64,000 nt of DNA, from assembly GCA_964493495.1 (NCBI GenBank), contig CAZBNM010000003.1, positions 2,610-66,609 of the forward strand, read 5' to 3'. The translations under genes were made by a program, and so were the position numbers. Each line of letters begins with the position of its first letter. Position 1 is the stretch's first letter. Source of the stretch: an uncultured Bacteroides sp. Lineage in GTDB: Bacteria; Bacteroidota; Bacteroidia; Bacteroidales; Muribaculaceae. Shown piece after piece: positions 17,434-26,076 of the stretch. The notes beneath the pieces were generated by a model that saw only the letters and a program-made list of their open reading frames with translations, did no database searches and was not told where the DNA came from.

Positions 17434-19842
17434 TCACTCTCCGCGGAGGGTGCGCATCAGATCTTCAAGCCTTTTCACCTCGCCGGAGTCGGCGCCGTAT
17501 AGTTGCGCGAAGATGTCGCGTGTTATTGTAAGATGTTCCAGTGCCTCGGCCGTCTGCTTCATGTGCATATAGTGGAATCCTACGATTCCGTGCTGCATCG
17601 CACACTCGCCTGAGTCGGCCCCGAATTGCCGCTCCAGACCCCGGAGGGCCTTCAGCCCGAAGGGTATGGCTGCCTCGTAATTGCCTTGCACGGCATACAT
17701 TTCCCTGATCGAATTGGAAATGTCGGTCACCATCTTTGTCTGCCCGGCAGCTTCGAAGATGGGGAGCGCCAGGCTCTTGTATTCGATAGCGCGCGGGTAG
17801 TCGCCCAGGAGGTAGTAGCTCTGTCCGGTATTGTTGTAGGAGCTGCCGATGTCGGTGTGCGTGGCCGGGAGTATCCGCCGGCGGATGGCCAGTGCCTTCA
17901 GGTTATGGTTCAGCGCCTCGCCCGGCTGCCCTTCCAGCTCGTAGAGGTAGGCTAAGTTGTTGAATACCGTAGCCGTGATGGGATGCTCAGTTCCCACGGC
18001 TTTTTCTGCGCAGATCTGCGCCCGGGAGAGGTGCGCGTGCGCCGTGGCCGTATCCCCCATGGCTATATGGGCGTTTGCCAGGCCAAGATAAGACTGGGCG
18101 ATGTCGGGATGTGTCTCGCCGTAGATCTTCCGCTGTATTTCAAGGGCCTCGCTATGGACCTCTGTCGCCTTCTCGGGTTTGCCGGTCTTGTAGTGGACTC
18201 TTCCGATGTTGGCCAGGCACACAGCCACAATCGGGTGCTCCTCGCCAAGGGACTTTTTAAGTATGTCCAAGGCCTTGCCGTAGCTCTCAAGTGCTTCCGC
18301 GTATTGGCCTTTGCTGTATTGCACGACTCCGATATTGAGGTAGAGCTGCCCCGTGTCCGGATGGCCTGTGCCAAATTCTCTCTCTGATATTGCCAGGGCC
18401 TCCCGATAATTCTCGAGGGCCTTGTCGTAGCTCTCAAGCGCGCTGTAGGCCGCCCCGAGGTTGTTGTAAGACGACACTAATTCCGCGCTTCCGGCCGGCA
18501 GCGTGCGCTTGCGTAGCTCCAGGGTCCTTGTGTGGTAGTCGATTGCTTGTGCATAATCTCCTAATTTGTCGTATGTAATGCCGAGGTTGTTGTAAATGGC
18601 GCTAATCCGCCGATAGTCGGGATTGGCGCTGCCCTCGCACTGTTCCAGTGCTTTCTTCAAATAGTCCAGCGCCTCGCTGTTTTTGCCGGATTCCATAAGC
18701 GCGAGGCCCATATTGTTGTATAATGCGCTCTTATCTTGCCCCTTGTGTTCGGTCTCGGTCTCCAATATGGCCCGGGCTTTCTCATACACCTCCAGTGCTG
18801 AGGCATAATCTGCCTGGAGGCGGAGTAGGTTTCCCGTTTCGATAAGGATATGGCATGCATCCGCGCTACGCTCGCCGCTCGTTTCCGCAACATTCCTCAA
18901 GGCCTGTTTCAGATAGTGCATGGCAAGCGCATAATCGGCCGTGATGTTCGAAACGGCCTCGGCAGTCATCTGAAGCCACTGCGTCCGGCTGCTGTCGGCG
19001 TCGGCGATTTCGCGGTAGATAGCGAGTATCTTGCGGTTGTTTTCGACGCCGCCGGCCAGGCGCAGGGTCGCGATCTGGCGCTCGGCCGCGGCATAGAGGC
19101 TGTCGATGGACGCGCTCATCCCGCTCTCCACGGCCGATAGCTGCTTGATGGCGTTCCGTACCTCCTTCCGCTGGCCCAAGGCCTCCACAAGCTGCTCCTT
19201 GATGCGCAGGTCCTCGTATTTTTGGACTGCCTCGTCGAAGCGCCCGGCTTCCACCAGCTCGATTATCTCCTGCTCCACGCCCGAGATTTCCGAGAGGTCG
19301 ATGCGCGCGAAACGGTCCACATACGCGTCCAGATTGTCGAGCTGCCGCTCGTAGTTGTCGCTCACCTCGGCCAGGCGTTTGCGGTACTCCTCGTCCTTGA
19401 GCTTTCCTTCCTTCTGCAGCCGGGCGAGCTCGTCGCGCTCCTTCCTGTACTGCGCGGCATATCGCTCCTCGGAGTTGCGGTAGTAGTTGTCGCGGATGCG
19501 CTTGAAGCGGTCGGAGCGGCACATCACCAGCACGAAAGGCGTCGTGGGGCTGAGGTTCCACTGCTCCACGGCCTCCTTGTTGAAAAGCACATAACCCTCC
19601 TTCTCGATGCGGCGCACGTTCACGCGCTGCCCCGGCTCGAGCGTCAGGAACTCGAGTGCAAACTCGCCGTCCTCGCCCGAGAAAGTGCTGCCAGCGCCCG
19701 CTGCACGCAGCTCTACTCCCGCCAGCGGCGTCTTCGCCGCCCGTTCGTTATACTCCCGCACCACACCCCGTTGCACCGTCTGCCCCCACACAGCCCCGGC
19801 AAAGCTGAAAACCAAAAGCAATAACAGAAAAATCCCTCTCAT
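17434..19842 (-). CDS. secreted TPR-array protein A (signal peptide, beta-sandwich and coiled-coil N-terminal module, about 11 TPR units of ~42 aa)
   Basis: Signal peptide ...AVWG|QTVQ; repeats of the form YNNLG...Y..ALE...G..HP. Confidence 0.9.
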   Translation of the reverse strand: MRGIFLLLLLVFSFAGAVWGQTVQRGVVREYNERAAKTPLAGVELRAAGAGSTFSGEDGEFALEFLTLEPGQRVNVRRIEKEGYVLFNKEAVEQWNLSPTTPFVLVMCRSDRFKRIRDNYYRNSEERYAAQYRKERDELARLQKEGKLKDEEYRKRLAEVSDNYERQLDNLDAYVDRFARIDLSEISGVEQEIIELVEAGRFDEAVQKYEDLRIKEQLVEALGQRKEVRNAIKQLSAVESGMSASIDSLYAAAERQIATLRLAGGVENNRKILAIYREIADADSSRTQWLQMTAEAVSNITADYALAMHYLKQALRNVAETSGERSADACHILIETGNLLRLQADYASALEVYEKARAILETETEHKGQDKSALYNNMGLALMESGKNSEALDYLKKALEQCEGSANPDYRRISAIYNNLGITYDKLGDYAQAIDYHTRTLELRKRTLPAGSAELVSSYNNLGAAYSALESYDKALENYREALAISEREFGTGHPDTGQLYLNIGVVQYSKGQYAEALESYGKALDILKKSLGEEHPIVAVCLANIGRVHYKTGKPEKATEVHSEALEIQRKIYGETHPDIAQSYLGLANAHIAMGDTATAHAHLSRAQICAEKAVGTEHPITATVFNNLAYLYELEGQPGEALNHNLKALAIRRRILPATHTDIGSSYNNTGQSYYLLGDYPRAIEYKSLALPIFEAAGQTKMVTDISNSIREMYAVQGNYEAAIPFGLKALRGLERQFGADSGECAMQHGIVGFHYMHMKQTAEALEHLTITRDIFAQLYGADSGEVKRLEDLMRTLRGE
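18993..19789. repeat. copy 1 of ~797-bp direct repeat (shared N-terminal module of the TPR genes)
   Basis: Aligns without gaps to 22658-23454 at an offset of 3665 bp. By eye about 19277-19770 is identical; mismatches cluster toward the TPR-proximal end. Confidence 0.95.
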
Positions 19843-19856
19843 CCTGGTCTAAAATT

Positions 19857-22800
19857 TTATATGGACTGCCCCTCTCTTGTCCGGGCGCAAGCCTTATCAA
19901 TAGCCTTTTTCGTTTCCGGGTCCACAGGTTTTAGCCCGAACTCCATGCCAATCCTATCCTCGAAGTGGCAGCGCATTATCTGACCATCCCTATAAAGAAC
20001 CAGTTCTTTTGGCTGCCCGGATAGTTCTTGGTTTACGTCAGCAAGATTCTTAAGACTCCCGGGCCACCAATCTCCAATCATAAGAAGCACATACTCTCCG
20101 CTAAGGCCTTGCCGGGCGGCCGGAGTGTCTCCATCGACCACAGTTCCCGTCCACACCTTATCCGACATAAAAGCCTCAAAATCCTTAAGTTTGGACTTAT
20201 CCTCTCCAAGTACAGCCAAATATGATGTGTAGATGTATGGATAGGTAGAGATGTTATTGGAGTACTGCACTCCATACATCTCGCCCCAAATCCTTACCGA
20301 TTTCTCTAAGTATTCAATTGCCTCCTCAAGCCTGTTGGAAGAATAATATAATACACCAAGGAAATTATAAAGAGATGGTATGGCAGGATGGTGTTCGTTC
20401 AATGTCGAAGGCAGAATTGTCCGTGCCTCCTCATAGAAATGCAAAGAGCGCGAATAATCCTGCAATCTGAAATAAGTCTCTCCGATGCTTCCATATAACA
20501 ATCCGATGTTCGGATGATTTTCGTCAAGAACTTCTCGCGAAATCGCCAGCGCCTTTTGGTAATGCTCGAGCGCTTGCTGATAATTACCTTGTAATTGATA
20601 TGTATATCCGATATTATGATAGCTTAATGCCACATCAGGGTGATTCTCACCAAATTTATTAATTTGAGATTTTAGTCCTCTTTGATTGTAATCCAAAGCT
20701 TCTGGATAATTCCCCAGATCTGTGTAAACCTTTCCGATATTAAGGTAGCATAAGGACACATTGGGGTGGTCTTCGCCAAAAATAGACAGATTTATCTTCA
20801 GCGCCTTCTTATAATATTCCAATGCCTGCAGATTATCACCTTGATATGAATTGATAAGCCCCAGGTTGTTGTATGACGTTGCTACATCAGGATGATTTTC
20901 TCCGTGAATTTTTTGCCAAATTTTAAGCGACTTTTGATAACTGTCTAAAGCCTGCGGGTAATCGCCCAGTGTTGAATATACATTTCCTATATTGTTATAG
21001 GACTGGGCAACCTCGGAATGCTCTTCCCCGAATACATCCAGTCGAATCTCCAGTGCCTTTTGGTGAGCGTCCAAAGCTTGCGGGTAATTTCCCATTGCTT
21101 GATATACATTCCCGAAATTGTTATAACAGGATGCGATATCCCGATGGTTTTTACCGTAAAAATTTAAAAGAGCCTCTAAAGCTTTTTGGTAATATTCCAA
21201 TGCCGGTTGATGAGCCCCTTGCCGACTGAAGTCGTGTCCTATATTATTATAGGAAGTAGCCACGTCAGGGTGGTTTTCTCCGAACGCATCTAATCGAATC
21301 TTCAGGGCTTTCTGGTGGTAATCCAAAGCCTGTTGATACTCTCCTAACGAAGAATATATGGTTCCGATATTGTTGTATGCCGAGGCAACCTTAGGATGTT
21401 TTTCGCCGAATAAATTCAGCCAGATTTCCAATGCCTTCTGGTAATACGCTAAAGCCTGCCGGAATTCACTCATTGAGGAATAAACAAGGCCTATATTGTT
21501 GTATGACGTTGCAATATCAGAATGATTCTCGACAAATATATTCGTTCGAATATTCAGGGCTTTTTGATGAGAATCCAAAGCTTGCTGATAATCCCCCATA
21601 GACGAATATATGGTTCCGATGTTGCTATAAGACGTGGCAACCATAGGATGGTTTTCGCCGAATATATTCAGCCAGATTTCCAATGCCTTCTGGTTATACG
21701 CTAAAGCCTGCCGGAATTCACTCATTGATGAATAAACATGGCCGATATTATTGTATGATTGGGCCACATCCGGATGTTTTTCGCCTAATATTTTTATCCG
21801 AATCTCCAGCGCTTTCCGGTGGTAATCCAATCCCTGCCGGTAGTCTCCCAGAGATGAATGCACATGGCCGATATTATTGTATGATTGGGCCACATTAGGA
21901 TGATTTTCACCAAAAAATTCCATTTCAATTTTCAGTGCCTTTTGGTGATAATCCAAAGCCTGCTGATATTCTCCCAGAGAAGAATATATGGTTCCGATAT
22001 TGTTGTATGATACGGTAGCCTTAGGGTGGTTTTCTCCGAATACATCCATCCAAACCCGCTGTGCTTTTTGGAAATAATCCAATGCTTCCAGATAACTTCC
22101 TTGATCTAAATATACACTTCCGATATTGTTGTATGAGGTTGCAATATCCGGATGTTTTTCTCCAAATAAATCCAGCCGGATTTTCAGCGCTTTTTGACTG
22201 TAATCTATAGCCTGCTGATAATCCCCTAGAGATGAGTATATGTGGCCGATATTGCTATAAGATGTTGCAACCTCTGCACAATTTTCTCCAAAAACATCCA
22301 ACCAAATCGTCAAAGCATTCCGGTGGAATTCTATAGTCCTTTGATAATTTCCTTGGAGACCGTATACCATCCCGATATTATTGTACAATAAGGCTATGTC
22401 CGGGTTGTTGTCCTCGGTGAAGCCCAATAAAAGCTCCAAGGCTTTCTGAGAATACTCCATCGCTTCCTGATACATCCCTTGATCGACATATGATTGTCCG
22501 ATGTTGTTGTAGCATGTCGCTATGAGGTTCTTATTCTCGGAATCTGATTGTTGTACAGCATCAAGGGCTTTGAGATAGTATGATAGTGCATCGGAGTAGT
22601 CCGCAAAATATCGGTGCATGAAATGCCCGGTTGCCAACAGCCATACCACATTCGTCGTGTCGGCGTCGGCGATGTCGCGGTAGATGGCGAGGATCTTGCG
22701 GTTGTTCTCGACGCCGCCGGCCAGGCGCAGGGTTGCGATCTGGCGCTCGGCCGTGGCATAGAGGCTGTCGATGGATGTGCTCATCCCGCTCTCCACGGCA

Positions 22801-23504
22801 GTGAGTTGCTCTATGGCCGTTTGCACCTGACGTCGCTGGCCCAAAGCCTCCACGAGCTGCTCCTTGATGCGCAGGTCCTCGTATTTTTGGACAGCCTCGT
22901 CGAAGCGCCCGGCCTCCACCAGCTCGATTATCTCCTGCTCTACGCCCGAGATTTCCGAGAGGTCGATGCGCGCGAAACGGTCCACATACGCGTCCAGATT
23001 GTCGAGCTGCCGCTCGTAGTTGTCGCTCACCTCGGCCAGGCGTTTGCGGTACTCCTCGTCCTTGAGCTTTCCTTCCTTCTGCAGCCGGGCGAGCTCGTCG
23101 CGCTCCTTCCTGTACTGCGCGGCATATCGCTCCTCGGAGTTGCGGTAGTAGTTGTCGCGGATGCGCTTGAAGCGGTCGGAGCGGCACATCACCAGCACGA
23201 AAGGCGTCGTGGGGCTGAGGTTCCACTGCTCCACGGCCTCCTTGTTGAAAAGCACATAACCCTCCTTCTCGATGCGGCGCACGTTCACGCGCTGCCCCGG
23301 CTCGAGCGTCAGGAACTCGAGTGCAAACTCGCCGTCCTCGCCCGAGAAAGTGCTGCCAGCGCCCGCTGCACGCAGCTCTACTCCCGCCAGCGGCGTCTTC
23401 GCCGCCCGTTCGTTATACTCCCGCACCACACCCCGCTGCACCGTCTGCCCCCACGCGGAGCATACTGCAGTCGTTATCATTGCTAATATCAGAATGTTTC
23501 TCAT
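19857..23504 (-). CDS. secreted TPR-array protein B (same N-terminal module, about 18 TPR units of 42 aa, C-terminal PDZ-like domain)
   Basis: Start MRNILILAMITTAVCSAWG|QTVQ; consensus GENHPDVATSYNNIG..YSSLGDYQQALDYHQKALEI; tail VVDGDTPAARQGL...LVLYRDG. Confidence 0.9.
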   Translation of the reverse strand: MRNILILAMITTAVCSAWGQTVQRGVVREYNERAAKTPLAGVELRAAGAGSTFSGEDGEFALEFLTLEPGQRVNVRRIEKEGYVLFNKEAVEQWNLSPTTPFVLVMCRSDRFKRIRDNYYRNSEERYAAQYRKERDELARLQKEGKLKDEEYRKRLAEVSDNYERQLDNLDAYVDRFARIDLSEISGVEQEIIELVEAGRFDEAVQKYEDLRIKEQLVEALGQRRQVQTAIEQLTAVESGMSTSIDSLYATAERQIATLRLAGGVENNRKILAIYRDIADADTTNVVWLLATGHFMHRYFADYSDALSYYLKALDAVQQSDSENKNLIATCYNNIGQSYVDQGMYQEAMEYSQKALELLLGFTEDNNPDIALLYNNIGMVYGLQGNYQRTIEFHRNALTIWLDVFGENCAEVATSYSNIGHIYSSLGDYQQAIDYSQKALKIRLDLFGEKHPDIATSYNNIGSVYLDQGSYLEALDYFQKAQRVWMDVFGENHPKATVSYNNIGTIYSSLGEYQQALDYHQKALKIEMEFFGENHPNVAQSYNNIGHVHSSLGDYRQGLDYHRKALEIRIKILGEKHPDVAQSYNNIGHVYSSMSEFRQALAYNQKALEIWLNIFGENHPMVATSYSNIGTIYSSMGDYQQALDSHQKALNIRTNIFVENHSDIATSYNNIGLVYSSMSEFRQALAYYQKALEIWLNLFGEKHPKVASAYNNIGTIYSSLGEYQQALDYHQKALKIRLDAFGENHPDVATSYNNIGHDFSRQGAHQPALEYYQKALEALLNFYGKNHRDIASCYNNFGNVYQAMGNYPQALDAHQKALEIRLDVFGEEHSEVAQSYNNIGNVYSTLGDYPQALDSYQKSLKIWQKIHGENHPDVATSYNNLGLINSYQGDNLQALEYYKKALKINLSIFGEDHPNVSLCYLNIGKVYTDLGNYPEALDYNQRGLKSQINKFGENHPDVALSYHNIGYTYQLQGNYQQALEHYQKALAISREVLDENHPNIGLLYGSIGETYFRLQDYSRSLHFYEEARTILPSTLNEHHPAIPSLYNFLGVLYYSSNRLEEAIEYLEKSVRIWGEMYGVQYSNNISTYPYIYTSYLAVLGEDKSKLKDFEAFMSDKVWTGTVVDGDTPAARQGLSGEYVLLMIGDWWPGSLKNLADVNQELSGQPKELVLYRDGQIMRCHFEDRIGMEFGLKPVDPETKKAIDKACARTREGQSI
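20270..22530. repeat. degenerate 126-bp tandem coding repeat (TPR units), AT-richer than flanks
   Basis: Recurrent CCGATATTGTTGTATGA-like cores every 126 nt. 21401-21486 and 21653-21738 (offset 252) are nearly identical. Confidence 0.85.
22658..23454. repeat. copy 2 of ~797-bp direct repeat
   Basis: Matches 18993-19789. Confidence 0.95.
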
Positions 23505-23593
23505 GGCAGGGCTTTTTCTATTTGCGGATATATGCAGAAAATTCGATTCTAACCGGCGCATACCGTATTGGAATCGAATTTCTCTAAAATCTG

Positions 23594-23665
23594 TAGCCCA
23601 TAGCAGAATCGAACTGCTCTTTCAAGAATGAAAATCTTGCGTCCTAACCGATAGACGAATGGGCC
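23594..23665 (-). tRNA. tRNA-Glu(TTC)
   Basis: GGCCCAT acceptor stem, anticodon arm CAAGA-TTTTCAT-TCTTG, T-loop GTTCGATTC; 72 nt. Confidence 0.97.
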
Positions 23666-23710
23666 GGCTGTGGAGGTGCCCAACCAGGGGCGCCTGCCTT
23701 TATGCTTGCC

Positions 23711-23968
23711 TTAAGCAGCCAGCTTGGCGATGTGCTTGGCCAGCTTGCTCTTCAGGTTGGCAGCCTTGTTCTTCGAGATTGCCTTCTTCGAAGCCAGGCG
23801 GTCAAGCATGGCCGTTACCTCGCGGAAACGGGCTTCTGCTGCGGCCTTGTCGGTCATTTTGCGCAGGTTGCGGACAGCATTGCGGGCGGTCTTGGCATAG
23901 TAACGGTTGCGGAGACGACGGGCTTCGGTCTGACGGATTCTCTTTTCGGATGATTTATGATTTGCCAT
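23711..23968 (-). CDS. rpsT: 30S ribosomal protein S20
   Basis: [13 protein letters not shown]...[12 protein letters not shown]. Confidence 0.98.
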   Translation of the reverse strand: MANHKSSEKRIRQTEARRLRNRYYAKTARNAVRNLRKMTDKAAAEARFREVTAMLDRLASKKAISKNKAANLKSKLAKHIAKLAA

Positions 23969-24010
23969 TGTTTAATTTCGTGAGATATGTCCTAAACTTA
24001 TCTTTATTTG

Positions 24011-24082
24011 TAGCCCATAGCAGAATCGAACTGCTCTTTCAAGAATGAAAATCTTGCGTCCTAACCGATAGACGAATGGGCC
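24011..24082 (-). tRNA. tRNA-Glu(TTC), identical second copy
   Basis: Sequence identical to 23594-23665; -7 promoter TATATTTG on the minus strand at 24101-24108. Confidence 0.97.
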
Positions 24083-24225
24083 TTGCAGTTTTTGCGAGTG
24101 CAAATATACGCACTATTATCGACTCCCACAAATAAAACTTGTCGAGAGCTCGCAATTTAAGATTCTTTAAGAGTTTGATTACCCCCTTTTTCTCTCCGCT
24201 GTGGTCTTTTCGGCAAAATTATTTG

Positions 24226-24233
24226 TAACTTTG
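24226..24233 (+). promoter_or_regulatory. -7 promoter element for recO
   Basis: TAACTTTG about 22 nt before the ATG. Confidence 0.65.
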
Positions 24234-24255
24234 TCTGCTAATCTGTCCTACAGTC

Positions 24256-24999
24256 ATGTACACGCCCCTTCACTGCATTGCCCTGCGCACCGTGCGCCAC
24301 TCCGACTCCCGGGCCATCCTCACGGCTTGGAGCGCCGAACGCGGGCGCATTGCCGTGGCATTGCCCGACGGGAAGGGACGCGAGGCTGTCCGACGCCGTG
24401 CGCTCACGATGCCGCTGGCCATGTTCGAGTGTATAGCCGACCTTCGCCCGGGCAAGGATATTCTCACCGTGCGCGACCTGCGCCCCTCGCCCGGCTCGCC
24501 CGCCGCTGCAGCCCCCGGCCCCGCGCGCACCATGCTACACCTCTTTCTGGCTGAGGCCCTCGACCGCCTGCTGCGCGAGAGTGCGCCTCAGCCGCTGCTG
24601 GCCGACTATCTTTTCGACAGTCTGCGGCGTCTGGGACGCATGGCGCGTCCGGCCGCCCTGGCAAACTTCCACATCGTATTCCTTTTCCGCCTCGCCCGCT
24701 TTCTGGGCGTGGCGCCCGACATATCGGTGCCTGCCGGCAGCGACGCCTCCCGCTTGTATTTTGATCTCCGCGACGCCCGCTTCCGCGCCTCCCTCCCGGC
24801 CCATCCGCTTTTTCTGGCCGGCGACGAGGCTGCTGCCGTGGCCCTTCTCGGACGGCTTGATTTCGAAAACCTCCATCTCGCACACTTCACCCGCGAGGAG
24901 CGCGCCCGGATTCTCGACGGCATTCTCGATTACTACCGGCTGCATCTGACAGCCCCCGGCGAACTACGCACGGCCGATGTCCTGCGGCAGCTCTACTGA
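24256..24999 (+). CDS. recO: DNA repair protein RecO
   Basis: N-terminal LRTVRHSDSRAILT..S...GR, NFHIVFL..LARFLG..P, and R..ILD..LDYY.LH at the C-terminus; divergent from rpsT. Confidence 0.88.
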   Translation: MYTPLHCIALRTVRHSDSRAILTAWSAERGRIAVALPDGKGREAVRRRALTMPLAMFECIADLRPGKDILTVRDLRPSPGSPAAAAPGPARTMLHLFLAEALDRLLRESAPQPLLADYLFDSLRRLGRMARPAALANFHIVFLFRLARFLGVAPDISVPAGSDASRLYFDLRDARFRASLPAHPLFLAGDEAAAVALLGRLDFENLHLAHFTREERARILDGILDYYRLHLTAPGELRTADVLRQLY

Positions 25000-25012
25000 C
25001 CTCCCCCACGCA

Positions 25013-25942
25013 ATGGAAACTCTCATCACATACAATATCAACCATTTTCTCAAGCCCGTTCTCGATACGCGCATCGAGCGTTTCGCTTTCGAAAAAGAAT
25101 ATGTCATTTTCGACCTCGCGCCCGGAATGCTCGCGCAATACGCCGGCCTCCCCCCGAGGTATGTCCGTTTCGAGGGTTTCCTTCTCCTGTTCGTCAGTCA
25201 CGGGTCCCTCCAGGTAGGCTATGAGGAACAGGTGTTTTCCGCCCCGGAAATGTCGGTGTTCGCCCTCCCTCCAAATCTCGCATCGGTCATCATGTCGGAC
25301 GACTGGTCGCGTGTGGGCCTCACGCTCGTGTATCTGAGCCGCGAGTTTCTCCAGCAGTTGAATTTCTCCATTTCCGCCTTCTCCGGGCCCGTGGTTCTCG
25401 AGCACCGCTCGCCGGTGTGCTATGTAGGCGAGTCCGATATGCCGCTGCTCGAGTCCTATTTCCGGCTGCTCAAGCTTACGGCCCGGCAGACCGGAGCTGC
25501 CAGTCTCACCCGCCATATCGCAGCCAGCCTCTGCGTGGCCCTCTGCTACCAGTGCATGCAGATGTACCGTCGACAGCTCGAAAGCGTGGCTCCCTCGCAT
25601 GCGACCTACGCCGACGGCCGCAAGGCCCGCAGCGCCCATGTGCGCGACTTCATCCGCATGGTCCATGCCGACTTTGCCCGCGAACGCTCCGTGGCCTACT
25701 ATGCTTCCGCCCTCTGCGTCTCGCCCAAGTATCTTTCGGCTTTGGTCAAGGAGGCAACCGGGCGCACCGCCGCCCGTTGGATCGAGGATCATGTGATCAT
25801 GGAGGCCAAAAACCTCCTCCGTTATTCCGGCAAGAACGTACAGCAGGTGGCTTATGCGCTCAATTTTCCCAATCAGAGCGCCTTCGGAAAGTATTTCAAG
25901 CATCTCACAGGAATGTCTCCTACGGAATTTCAAAAAGCTTGA
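25013..25942 (+). CDS. AraC family transcriptional regulator
   Basis: C-terminal ERSVAYYASALCVSPKYLS...LNFPNQSAFGKYFKHLTGMSP, the Bacteroidales AraC HTH. Confidence 0.93.
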   Translation: METLITYNINHFLKPVLDTRIERFAFEKEYVIFDLAPGMLAQYAGLPPRYVRFEGFLLLFVSHGSLQVGYEEQVFSAPEMSVFALPPNLASVIMSDDWSRVGLTLVYLSREFLQQLNFSISAFSGPVVLEHRSPVCYVGESDMPLLESYFRLLKLTARQTGAASLTRHIAASLCVALCYQCMQMYRRQLESVAPSHATYADGRKARSAHVRDFIRMVHADFARERSVAYYASALCVSPKYLSALVKEATGRTAARWIEDHVIMEAKNLLRYSGKNVQQVAYALNFPNQSAFGKYFKHLTGMSPTEFQKA

Positions 25943-25980
25943 AATTATGTTAAAACCTCCTTATCTCGCCGAAAATTCAC

Positions 25981-25988
25981 TAACTTTG
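25981..25988 (+). promoter_or_regulatory. -7 promoter element
   Basis: TAACTTTG upstream of the 26077 gene. Confidence 0.6.
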
Positions 25989-26076
25989 TGGGGCATAGAT
26001 GAGATCGCGGCGCGCCGGGGTCCTATGACAAATGTTCATTTTTAATACCTAAAAACATTCAACCTGATTAACCGCA

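Noticed and set aside
20270-22530. CRISPR-like periodic repeats
   Set aside because: The period is 126 nt, in frame and protein-coding, with degenerate units; no cas genes.
18993-23454. Diversity-generating retroelement (TR/VR) explanation for the TPR repeats
   Set aside because: No reverse transcriptase in the window. Mismatches between the long copies are not adenine-specific, and the repeat is N-terminal rather than a C-terminal variable region.
23594-24082. Duplicate tRNA-Glu as attL/attR of an integrated element
   Set aside because: Both copies are full length and enclose only rpsT; no integrase.
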